UHGV virus genome: UHGV-0138833
Length of the DNA: 23,871 bases
From: a virus
Direction: 5' to 3' (one strand)
Below, piece after piece: positions 15,492 to 23,215 of the stretch. Each line of letters starts with the position of its first letter. The stretch's first letter is position 1. Both the position numbers and the translations under genes were made by a program. Below the pieces are notes generated by a model. That model was not told the DNA's origin and did not search any database. It was given only the letters and a program-made list of their open reading frames with translations.

Positions 15492-16177
15492 ATAACCAGT
15501 ATTTACAGTTTGTTCGTGAGCAACTCATTATCGCCACCGCCGATTTGAGTGGGGCAACAAAAGGTCAGCTTGAAGCCTGGCAGGAGAATGCCATGTTTGA
15601 TACAGGGCGTTACAGACGTAAAAAAATCCGGTACCGCGATAAGGTCACTGGAAAAATGGTAACGCTGGATAATCCACCGATCCCGGGAAAGCAATCGCTG
15701 GCGAAAGGTTCATCAATTGCCCTAGTCAGTCCGGTTGAGTTTTCGACATCATCATGGCGACGCGCCGTTCTGTCTCTTGAAGAGCATCAGAAGGCGTGGG
15801 TACTGTGGGTATACAGTGAAAATCCGAGTTGGGATTATCAGGTGGTCATTGCGAAATGGGCGTGGGATAAGTTTCAGGTGCATTTTGGCACCAGAAAAAT
15901 TACAGGGAAAACGCTTGAGCGTCTGAAGAAATTAATCTGGCTGGCGGCGCAGGATGTCAGGGGGAGGATTACTGGGTGTGACGTCTACCAGCGACAGGAA
16001 CTTGCCAGACTGTGTGGAGTTAAGTCAGACAACTGGAGCCACAATTATGCGCACTACTGGCGTGATATGTGCGACATTTTTAAGAACCTCGACAACGAAT
16101 CTTTGATTTATACCATGAAAACAAGATCGCAACAAAAAGCGACCTTTTCGCGGCGGGTTATTGCAAAAGTCAATTAA
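15488..16177 (+). CDS. Putative late-gene antiterminator (Q-like, about 229 aa)
   Basis: Assignment is positional: directly after rusA with an ATGA overlap and followed within about 70 nt by a terminator-like hairpin (lambda Q-PR'-tR' geometry). No sequence motif was confirmed. Confidence 0.4.
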   Translation: MNNQYLQFVREQLIIATADLSGATKGQLEAWQENAMFDTGRYRRKKIRYRDKVTGKMVTLDNPPIPGKQSLAKGSSIALVSPVEFSTSSWRRAVLSLEEHQKAWVLWVYSENPSWDYQVVIAKWAWDKFQVHFGTRKITGKTLERLKKLIWLAAQDVRGRITGCDVYQRQELARLCGVKSDNWSHNYAHYWRDMCDIFKNLDNESLIYTMKTRSQQKATFSRRVIAKVN

Positions 16178-16241
16178 ATCGCGTACATTTCGTGTAAATC
16201 TGATATTTTGCTGATTTTGTACACGATGGCAAACTAAACAA

Positions 16242-16272
16242 AGCCTGCTGCTGAGCGGGCTATCTTTTGTCG
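16242..16272 (+). terminator. tR'-like intrinsic terminator candidate downstream of the Q-like gene
   Basis: Stem AGCCTGC / GCGGGCT (7 bp including one G-U pair), loop TGCTGA, followed by ATCTTTTGT. Confidence 0.4.
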
Positions 16273-16449
16273 TAAGTTGAGCGAAAGACCATCGATTTTA
16301 CCTTGCTAAAACTATTCTGCTATTGCCGAGTTACCCTTTAGGTAATACACTCATCTTATAAAAGAAAGTGGTTGTTAGCCACATAGGTTAGGATGTGCGC
16401 ATACTTTGTTTGTGTGCTTTTTGTGTTTTATCTGTTAACGGAGGGGAGC

Positions 16450-16677
16450 ATGCCGAAATATCTAACACTTGCCGCTCGCGCGATCCTCTCACCTGAGAAG
16501 ATCATCAAAAAAATTGCAGATATAGCTTCCATGTGTGATGGAAAAGAAGCTAAGCATGAAAGTGACAAGTTTTTCATTGATAGTAATGGTTCGATGGTTT
16601 TGAATCGCAACAACGCTGATGTGCAAAAGGCTTTCGCAGCCAATATTAAGGGATTGAGTACTAAGAAGAAGGGTTAG
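16450..16677 (+). CDS. Hypothetical small soluble protein (75 aa), first gene of an AT-rich two-gene cassette
   Basis: Strong GGAGGGGAG RBS before ATG 16450 (track start 16393 lacks an RBS). AT-rich relative to flanking phage genes (visual estimate). Confidence 0.55.
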   Translation: MPKYLTLAARAILSPEKIIKKIADIASMCDGKEAKHESDKFFIDSNGSMVLNRNNADVQKAFAANIKGLSTKKKG

Positions 16678-16683
16678 TCTTCT

Positions 16684-17481
16684 ATGTGGGCTGCGCTGAT
16701 TGTTATTGTTTTAGTTTGTGGTTATCACTATACCAACTGCCATTTGCCGTCACGATACCGTCAAAGCAAAGCGATCGGTTGGAATGCATACTTTGATGTT
16801 GCACTGAAAGGTGGTGAGTTTCTCATAAGTGGTATTCTTATCGCTGCCTTATTGGTTGTTGTTCTGTACGCTGGAATGTCACTTTGGAACATTCCAGCGT
16901 ACTTGTTTGGTTGGTACGCTCCCTTTACTTTCGCCCATGACTTTCTCAAAATGCAAGTGTTTGGGTTGAGCATGTTCCCTGCTATGTCGATAGCTTTCAC
17001 TATTATTGTAAGTATCGGGAAGGCATCAGAGGCAACCAAAAACCATAAAGACCCACAAAAGCGCAAGGCTATTTTTGAAGAAATTGCGGCTCATAGTGCC
17101 GTGGAAAATATCCTTCTTGAATCAGTTGAGCGTGGATTGTTATTGTTGGTTACACTGAAGTCTCGCAAGGTCTATGTGGGGATGATTGATGAGGCACGTT
17201 TCAATCAGTTAGATACTAACACATTGGTGCTAATCCCTTTTATGTCCGGGTACAGAGATAAAGATACTCTGACTTTTTGTGTTGAGCATAATTATGTGGA
17301 CTACTACCTTAGTCAGGGTATCACATTAACTTCTGAGCCATTGTCAGTTTATCAGTTTAGGCATGTGTTGCCCTTCGATCAGATCGAATCTTTTTCGCTG
17401 TTTAATGTTGAAACATTCGAGACTTTCAAGGCAGGTATTGAAGGGAAGAAGGCCACTGAAGTACAGAATCAAACAAGTTAA
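16684..17481 (+). CDS. Hypothetical membrane protein (265 aa): about three N-terminal TM helices plus a ~150-aa soluble C-terminal domain
   Basis: Hydrophobic segments AALIVIVLVCGY, FLISGILIAALLVVVLYAGMSLW and VFGLSMFPAMSIAFTIIVSIG. No recognisable catalytic motif. Followed by a strong terminator. Confidence 0.6.
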   Translation: MWAALIVIVLVCGYHYTNCHLPSRYRQSKAIGWNAYFDVALKGGEFLISGILIAALLVVVLYAGMSLWNIPAYLFGWYAPFTFAHDFLKMQVFGLSMFPAMSIAFTIIVSIGKASEATKNHKDPQKRKAIFEEIAAHSAVENILLESVERGLLLLVTLKSRKVYVGMIDEARFNQLDTNTLVLIPFMSGYRDKDTLTFCVEHNYVDYYLSQGITLTSEPLSVYQFRHVLPFDQIESFSLFNVETFETFKAGIEGKKATEVQNQTS

Positions 17482-17500
17482 GGTTGTTACCTCATTAATT

Positions 17501-17527
17501 AAACCCGCCATTGAGCGGGTTTTTTGA
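17501..17527 (+). terminator. Strong rho-independent terminator closing the two-gene cassette
   Basis: AAACCCGC-CATTGA-GCGGGTTT followed by TTTTTG. Confidence 0.75.
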
Positions 17528-17643
17528 TGCCCGAAGTGCGGTACATTAAACGCGCTGGTAGTTATTAATATCGGTCTTTCAGCTTGCTGGCTTTTTCGAC
17601 AAGAGTTATTGGTATGTCACGTTAACCAGAAAAGGGAAAAGGC

Positions 17644-17841
17644 ATGCTAAAACAGCAGGATATGACCGAAACTGCCAGAGTGGTGTTTAATGAATTAAGC
17701 GTCACCGAACCGGCGACCGTCGGGGAAATTGCGCATAATACTTACCTTTCACGCGAACGTTGCCAGTTAATACTGACCCAGCTTGTTATGGCGGGTCTGG
17801 CAGATTATCAGTTCGGTTGTTACAGACGCCTTCCTCAGTGA
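17644..17841 (+). CDS. Small putative HTH DNA-binding protein (65 aa) upstream of the methyltransferase
   Basis: Segment ATVGEIAHNTYLSRERCQLILTQLVMAGLA resembles a winged-helix/HTH. Confidence 0.45.
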   Translation: MLKQQDMTETARVVFNELSVTEPATVGEIAHNTYLSRERCQLILTQLVMAGLADYQFGCYRRLPQ

Positions 17842-17939
17842 AGGCTTTTTTATTTGTGGTAATGGGCGGCTGGTGGGTGTTAGCGGCACCTGCCAGCCAT
17901 CTGCTCATGCGTTGGGTTCACAAGCAAACCTCAGGCCCA

Positions 17940-17958
17940 CTGCTTTGCGCAAAAGCAG
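17940..17958. promoter_or_regulatory. 19-bp palindrome just upstream of the methyltransferase start
   Basis: CTGCTTT-GCGCA-AAAGCAG, about 30 bp before ATG 17991. Confidence 0.35.
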
Positions 17959-17990
17959 AATGAGCCTATCAGAGACAGGCTTAATGATCC

Positions 17991-19040
17991 ATGCTTAATA
18001 CTGTAAAAATATCCAGTTGTGAGTTAATCAACGCCGACTGCCTGGAATTTATCCGGTCGTTACCCGAAAATTCTGTTGACCTGATAGTTACGGACCCGCC
18101 GTACTTTAAAGTGAAGCCTGAGGGCTGGGATAACCAGTGGAAGGGCGACGATGATTACCTGAAGTGGCTGGACCAGTGTCTGGCGCAGTTCTGGCGGGTG
18201 CTGAAACCTGCCGGAAGTCTTTACCTGTTCTGTGGTCATCGCCTGGCATCTGATATCGAAATCATGATGCGTGAACGCTTCAGTGTGCTGAACCATATTA
18301 TCTGGGCGAAGCCGTCCGGACGCTGGAACGGATGCAACAAGGAAAGCCTGCGGGCGTATTTCCCCGCCACAGAGCGCATTCTGTTCGCGGAACATTATCA
18401 GGGGCCGTATCGTCCGAAAGATGCCGGGTATGAGGCGAAGGGCAGGGCACTGAAACAGCATGTGATGGCCCCGCTGATTGCTTACTTTCGTGATGCGCGC
18501 GCTGCCCTGGGGATAACGGCAAAACAGATTGCAGATGCCACAGGAAAGAAAAACATGGTGCCGCACTGGTTCAGTGCCAGTCAGTGGCAGCTACCGAACG
18601 AAAGCGATTATCTGAAATTACAGTCGCTGTTTGCCCGGGTGGCAGAAGAGAAACATCAGCGCGGGGAACTGGAAAAGCCACACCACCAGCTGGTCAGCAC
18701 ATACAGTGAGCTGAACCGGCAGTATATGGAACTGCTGAGTGAATATAAAAATTTGCGGCGGTATTTCGGTGTGACGGTGCAGGTGCCGTACACCGATGTG
18801 TGGACGTATAAACCGGTGCAGTACTATCCCGGGAAACATCCGTGCGAAAAACCGGCAGAAATGCTGCAGCAGATAATCAGCGCAAGTAGTCGTCCTGGTG
18901 ATCTGGTTGCGGATTTTTTCATGGGGTCGGGTTCAACGGTAAAAGCGGCGATGGCACTGGGGCGTCGTGCGATTGGTGTTGAGCTGGAGACCGGACGTTT
19001 TGAGCAGACAGTCAGGGAAGTTCAGGATTTAATCGTTTGA
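17991..19040 (+). CDS. DNA amino-methyltransferase (probable N6-adenine, beta-class motif order; 349 aa)
   Basis: Catalytic motif IV DPPY (VTDPPYF) near the N-terminus and AdoMet motif I FFMGSGST near the C-terminus. No adjacent restriction endonuclease, so apparently orphan. Confidence 0.8.
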   Translation: MLNTVKISSCELINADCLEFIRSLPENSVDLIVTDPPYFKVKPEGWDNQWKGDDDYLKWLDQCLAQFWRVLKPAGSLYLFCGHRLASDIEIMMRERFSVLNHIIWAKPSGRWNGCNKESLRAYFPATERILFAEHYQGPYRPKDAGYEAKGRALKQHVMAPLIAYFRDARAALGITAKQIADATGKKNMVPHWFSASQWQLPNESDYLKLQSLFARVAEEKHQRGELEKPHHQLVSTYSELNRQYMELLSEYKNLRRYFGVTVQVPYTDVWTYKPVQYYPGKHPCEKPAEMLQQIISASSRPGDLVADFFMGSGSTVKAAMALGRRAIGVELETGRFEQTVREVQDLIV

Positions 19041-19089
19041 AACGGATGAGATTGCAGTATTAATTCCGTAACGTTATTATTCTGCGCGC

Positions 19090-19165
19090 GGCCCTTTAGC
19101 TCAGTGGTGAGAGCGAGCGACTCATAATCGCCAGGTCGCTGGTTCAAATCCAGCAAGGGCCACCA
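19090..19165 (+). tRNA. tRNA with anticodon CAU (Ile2-like, ileX/ileZ type; Met not excluded)
   Basis: Manual cloverleaf: acceptor GGCCCTT/AAGGGCC, D-arm GCTC..GAGC, anticodon loop CTCATAA, T-arm GCTGG-TTCAAAT-CCAGC, encoded CCA. Resembles E. coli ileX as recalled. Confidence 0.8.
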
Positions 19166-19172
19166 TCACATA

Positions 19173-19249
19173 CCGCCATTAGCTCATCAGGAAAGAGCGC
19201 CAGCCTTCGAAGCTGGCTGCGCGGGGTTCAAGTCCCCGATGGCGGTCCA
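19173..19249 (+). tRNA. tRNA-Arg (anticodon UCG)
   Basis: Manual cloverleaf: acceptor CCGCCAT/ATGGCGG, anticodon stem CCAGC/GCTGG with loop CTTCGAA, T-arm CGGGG-TTCAAGT-CCCCG, encoded CCA. Confidence 0.75.
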
Positions 19250-19262
19250 TTATCTGCATCAT

Positions 19263-19339
19263 GCGTTGTTAGCTCAGCCGGACAGAGCAATTGCCTTCTA
19301 AGCAATCGGTCACTGGTTCGAATCCAGTACAGCGCGCCA
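19263..19339 (+). tRNA. tRNA-Arg (anticodon UCU)
   Basis: Manual cloverleaf: acceptor GCGTTGT/ACAGCGC (one G-U pair), anticodon stem ATTGC/GCAAT with loop CTTCTAA, T-arm ACTGG-TTCGAAT-CCAGT, G73, encoded CCA. Confidence 0.8.
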
Positions 19340-19446
19340 TATTCATTCTTCCAGATTCCTTTCGGCAGAGCCTTATACTGAAATATACCTGGCTCAGGAT
19401 ATTGTTGAAAATATTATATGTTTGTCAAAAATAAAAGTTCTGTTAA

Positions 19447-19803
19447 GTGTTGATTGAGTGTTTGTTATACGGTCTAATGGTTTTTTCAGCATTAAATATT
19501 TATCATTCATATGGTGTGGGTAGAGTGAATATTGATGAGGCGTCGGGGTGTTTCATCCTTAGGCAGCGTATTGATATAGTCAATGCAGAACGAGCAAAGG
19601 CCTTCAGCCGTTTGACAGTTTTGTTCTGTACTCCTGATCGTCTTTCGGGAAGAGACGTTATTATTCTGAATAGTGATGCTATACAGAGGGTTTGCGATGA
19701 GTTCATGGTGGCTAATTCAGAATTATTTGCTCTTGTTCAGGAGTACAACAGAATAGCCAGGACCTGTGGTATGGATGAACTTCGGATTACTCATCTGGGG
19801 TAG
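19447..19803 (+). CDS. Hypothetical protein (about 109-118 aa) in the AT-rich island after the tRNAs
   Basis: ORF with uncertain start (TTG 19447 or ATG 19474). AT-rich; no recognisable motif. Confidence 0.4.
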   Translation: MLIECLLYGLMVFSALNIYHSYGVGRVNIDEASGCFILRQRIDIVNAERAKAFSRLTVLFCTPDRLSGRDVIILNSDAIQRVCDEFMVANSELFALVQEYNRIARTCGMDELRITHLG

Positions 19804-20195
19804 ATACATATCTGGATTATCACCGGTTACGGTAAAAAGTGATTGCTTACTGTTTTTGTGAATGGCATTGCAGCAGCCGGATAATGTCAGTGCTGGCTGA
19901 CGGTGTGCTGGTGGCGGGTGTGGTGGTTGCTGCTTTCCCGTTGCTGAAAAAGAAAACGCCAGACTGTTAGCCGGGTATCAGTTAGCGGGAGAAATTTTTA
20001 AATACTTCACAATTCAGGCGGTTGACTGTTGTCTGGTTTGCGGGGAGTTTGTTAAAAGAAACTGGCATGGTGAATCCCCCTGTGCGGAGGGGCAATCAGC
20101 GAGTAGGTATATGGGATAATCGCGGATTCAGGTGCTGGTACTGAATTCACCGGGAGGCACCCGGCACCATGCAATGGCACATAGCGCCACTCTCC

Positions 20196-20231
20196 AGCCC
20201 CTCTCCGGAGGGGCTGTTTATATTGATTTTG
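20196..20231 (+). terminator. Rho-independent terminator ending a GC-rich structured segment
   Basis: AGCCCCTC-TCCG-GAGGGGCT (8-bp stem) followed by GTTTATATTGATTTTG. A sibling hairpin CCCCT-GTGCGG-AGGGG lies at 20077-20092. Confidence 0.65.
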
Positions 20232-20250
20232 TCAGATGTGAGTAAACTCC

Positions 20251-20586
20251 TTATGGACTTTGTTGTTTTAGCCCATAAGGACATATTTGCAGAGTGCAAC
20301 GGTTATTAAAGCATTCATTCAATACGTTATCTGTATTTGTAGGGCATTCCTGGCTGTTTTTGATTAAATTCCAGAATGTTTTATTGAATGGTACTACGTT
20401 GTAAATGGTTACAGGCAGCACTTTGTTATTGAGCATGATGCCTGTGTGAGTCAGTGTAAATATACTTTCAGGAGGTAAGAAAGCATCCGATTGATACCAG
20501 ATTATTAATTTTATTTTACTCCATATGACTGAAAAAGATATTCCGCATGATGGCTGGATAACTGTATCAATCACAATCCACTTCAT
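20251..20586 (-). CDS. Hypothetical protein (111 aa), very AT-rich, convergent with the preceding plus-strand unit
   Basis: Good AAGGAAA RBS about 5 nt upstream of ATG 20586. Cys-containing; no recognisable domain. Confidence 0.5.
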   Translation of the reverse strand: MKWIVIDTVIQPSCGISFSVIWSKIKLIIWYQSDAFLPPESIFTLTHTGIMLNNKVLPVTIYNVVPFNKTFWNLIKNSQECPTNTDNVLNECFNNRCTLQICPYGLKQQSP

Positions 20587-20846
20587 TTAGTTTCCTTGTT
20601 TATGCCTTGCTGGTGATGTTCTGAAAAGTATAAATGATATTTTTGATTGTAAACCATAGAGCAGAATTATTTTTCTGATGTTGTTTATTGTTTATTTAAA
20701 TGCAGGGTGGTTTATATCTCGTCTTGTAGTTTATCCATGCATATCTGCTTGATGATGAGGTTTTTAATTAAGGTATGGTTTTGTGTTTTTTCTGTATTAC
20801 ATGTCAGGTATTTTAAAGAATCATTTTTCAGATGGTGGAAAGAACC

Positions 20847-21035
20847 ATGGCATTTAAACACTATGATGTTGTCAGGGCGGCGTCGCCGTCAGATCTTGCG
20901 GAAAAGCTGACACATAAACTGAAAGAGGGCTGGCAGCCGTTTGGTAGTCCGGTGGCCATAACCCCTTATACCCTGATGCAGGCGATTGCAGCAGAAGGTG
21001 ATGTGGTGGTCAGTGGTGCAACTGAGCCGGAGTGA
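20847..21035 (+). CDS. Hypothetical small protein (about 63 aa) upstream of the holin
   Basis: Start taken at MAFKHYD (ATG 20847). Family not determinable from sequence alone. Confidence 0.5.
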   Translation: MAFKHYDVVRAASPSDLAEKLTHKLKEGWQPFGSPVAITPYTLMQAIAAEGDVVVSGATEPE

Positions 21036-21278
21036 TACTACGTCATCGTACTGGCCCGGCATTCCAGGCCATAAAAGACGGTCTGGCAGTGGGACTAAAT
21101 GCACTGACGCTGACGGATATTACCAAAAATGCAACGTATGGCGTTGAGATGGAAAGTCTGGTGCTGGAGATAAATGCACCGGCATCATCATAAAAAGTGA
21201 GCCAGTCAAATGGAAGGTATCGTTAAACTCACCGGTAGTGTCAGTGGGTCGTCTGAGACGCCTGCATGAGTTATCAGA

Positions 21279-21310
21279 GCCATCAGTACTTAACTGGTGG
21301 CTTTTTTATT
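21279..21310 (+). terminator. Rho-independent terminator immediately upstream of the holin gene
   Basis: Stem GCCATCAG / CTGGTGGC (8 bp, one G-U pair), loop TACTTAA, followed by TTTTTTATT. Confidence 0.6.
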
Positions 21311-21342
21311 GTTGTCAGCTTCCGGATAACGGGAGACGGGGT

Positions 21343-21558
21343 ATGTACCAGATGGAAAAAATCACAACAGGTGTGTCATACACCACGTCAGCGGTGGGAA
21401 CGGGCTACTGGTTCCTGCAGTTGCTGGACAGGGTTTCCCCGTCTCAGTGGGCGGCAATAGGCGTGCTGGGGAGTCTGCTGTTTGGGCTGCTGACATATCT
21501 GACTAACCTGTATTTCAAAATCAAAGAGGACCGGCGTAAGGCGGCGCGGGGAGAGTAA
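21343..21558 (+). CDS. Pinholin (phage 21 S-type holin, 71/68 aa) with dual-start motif
   Basis: [10 protein letters not shown]... has two in-frame starts (Met1, Met4). Core ...[51 protein letters not shown] closely matches the S21 pinholin as recalled. GGAG RBS present. Confidence 0.8.
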   Translation: MYQMEKITTGVSYTTSAVGTGYWFLQLLDRVSPSQWAAIGVLGSLLFGLLTYLTNLYFKIKEDRRKAARGE

Positions 21559-21562
21559 AGTG

Positions 21563-22453
21563 ATGAATAAAAAATATGAACTGGTTGTTAAGGGGATAAA
21601 TAATTACGGGGATAAGGTTACTGTTACTGTGAAGCCGGAAGGTGACGGGCAAGCGTCGCTGTTGTTGCCAGATGTGGCGATTAGTCTTGACCGTACTGAA
21701 GGTGCCACGCTGGAGTTTTACGAAGCTGAGGCGAAAAAGCAGGCGAAGCAGTTTTTCATGGATGTTGCTGCCGGGTTATGTGAAGGGGATGGTCCGTTGC
21801 CGGAAAAGCGCCCCGTAATTTTAGAGGCGCAGGATGTGTTGATAACCTACAAAGGAAAGCTACCGGGAAGAATTACTTGTTCTCTGAAGATGCCGCCGTC
21901 AACACTGCGGTCAGAAAAAGATGATGTTGAATCACGTATTGAAAAACTGGAGAGCTACGTCGTTGAGCTGAATAAGAAATGGTCGATATTGGTGCCTTCT
22001 GGCGATGAAAAGCAGTTTGCTGCGTTTGACGATTATTGTCGGAAAGTGATGAGCAGAAATCTCGCAGAGTGTTTCAGTATTCATAATGATAATTTCAGTG
22101 ACCCGGAATGGGAGTGTAACCGGCCATCCTTTGTTGTATCCGGTGATGCTGGGAAAATAACCATCTCAGAAAATGGGAAAGTAACACCTCCATCGCACCA
22201 GCACAGTGAGGAGCTCATTGAATTTGCCATTGATTACCTGAAGAACAATAAAAAGCAGGGGCTGATGAAGCGCGTTGGCCGTTGCATGGGATATCTGCAG
22301 GTAGCTGCTGAGATTGAAGCGCTGGCCAGTGGTGCTGATAAGGATGCAATTGTGCGGGAGGCTCTTCTTCGTGATTTTAATACTCCACCCTTTAAAAAAG
22401 TGCCGGCTTACTGGCTTCATCCGGGGCTGACTTATCTTAAAGTGCGTATTTAG
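21563..22453 (+). CDS. Hypothetical soluble protein (296 aa) inserted between pinholin and endolysin
   Basis: GGAGAG RBS 7 nt upstream of ATG 21563. No TM segment or recognisable catalytic motif. Lower GC than flanking lysis genes (visual estimate). Confidence 0.6.
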   Translation: MNKKYELVVKGINNYGDKVTVTVKPEGDGQASLLLPDVAISLDRTEGATLEFYEAEAKKQAKQFFMDVAAGLCEGDGPLPEKRPVILEAQDVLITYKGKLPGRITCSLKMPPSTLRSEKDDVESRIEKLESYVVELNKKWSILVPSGDEKQFAAFDDYCRKVMSRNLAECFSIHNDNFSDPEWECNRPSFVVSGDAGKITISENGKVTPPSHQHSEELIEFAIDYLKNNKKQGLMKRVGRCMGYLQVAAEIEALASGADKDAIVREALLRDFNTPPFKKVPAYWLHPGLTYLKVRI

Positions 22454-22489
22454 TGGGCCAGGGACAGCGGCTGAATATTTAATATATCC

Positions 22490-23023
22490 ATGAACACCAA
22501 AATCAAATACGGCCTGTCGGCTGCCGTTCTGGCGCTGATTGCCGCTGGTGCGCCTGCGCCTGACATTCTCGACCAGTTTCTGGATGAAAAGGAAGGCAAG
22601 CACACCACAGCATACCGTGATGGTGCAGGTATCTGGACCATCTGCCGTGGTGCCATCATGGTGGATGGCAAACCTGTCGTTCCGGGCATGAAGTTGTCGA
22701 AGGAAAAATGCGACCAGGTTAACGCCATTGAGCGTGATAAAGCGCTGGCGTGGGTGGAGAAAAACATCAGAGTGCCGCTGACCGAACCCCAGAAAGCGGG
22801 GATCGCGTCATTCTGTCCGTACAACATTGGTCCCGGTAAGTGTTTCCCGTCGACGTTTTACAGACGAATTAATGCTGGTGATCGAAAAGGTGCCTGCGAA
22901 GCGATTCGCTGGTGGATTAAGGACGGTGGCAGAGACTGCCGTATTCGTTCAAACAACTGTTACGGTCAGGTATCCCGTCGTGACCAGGAGAGCGCGCTGG
23001 CGTGCTGGGGTATCGACAGATAA
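22490..23023 (+). CDS. SAR endolysin (phage 21 R-type lysozyme, GH24-like; 177 aa)
   Basis: N-terminal signal-anchor-release segment YGLSAAVLALIAAGAPAP; E-D-T catalytic arrangement in EGKHTTAYRDGAGIWTICRG; C-terminal ACWG. Pairs with the pinholin. Confidence 0.8.
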   Translation: MNTKIKYGLSAAVLALIAAGAPAPDILDQFLDEKEGKHTTAYRDGAGIWTICRGAIMVDGKPVVPGMKLSKEKCDQVNAIERDKALAWVEKNIRVPLTEPQKAGIASFCPYNIGPGKCFPSTFYRRINAGDRKGACEAIRWWIKDGGRDCRIRSNNCYGQVSRRDQESALACWGIDR

Positions 23024-23215
23024 GCAGAATATTTTGCTGAAAAATGAGGAATGGCCACGCGGGCGGATAACACGAAATCCTGCGAACTGGCGAAACGTAA
23101 GTGAATAAAAGTAAAAACCCCGTTTGTTGGCACCAAGCGAGGTTTTGTGTTTCTGACCTTGAGTAAGGCAAGGGAGAACATGGCGAAGTGTAAACGAATT
23201 CTGTTGAGGTTGACT

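Noticed and set aside
17760-17998. Track ORFs 17760-17963 and 17783-17998 between the small HTH gene and the methyltransferase
   Set aside because: They overlap each other and the HTH gene in alternative frames, lack RBSs, and cover a region that looks like promoter/operator sequence (it contains the 19-bp palindrome).
19340-20846. Shiga toxin genes (stxA/stxB) at the tRNA-adjacent locus
   Set aside because: No ORF of StxA size (about 315 aa) or with a StxB-like signal-peptide pentamer subunit is present. The two ORFs here are 118 and 111 aa with unrelated sequences.
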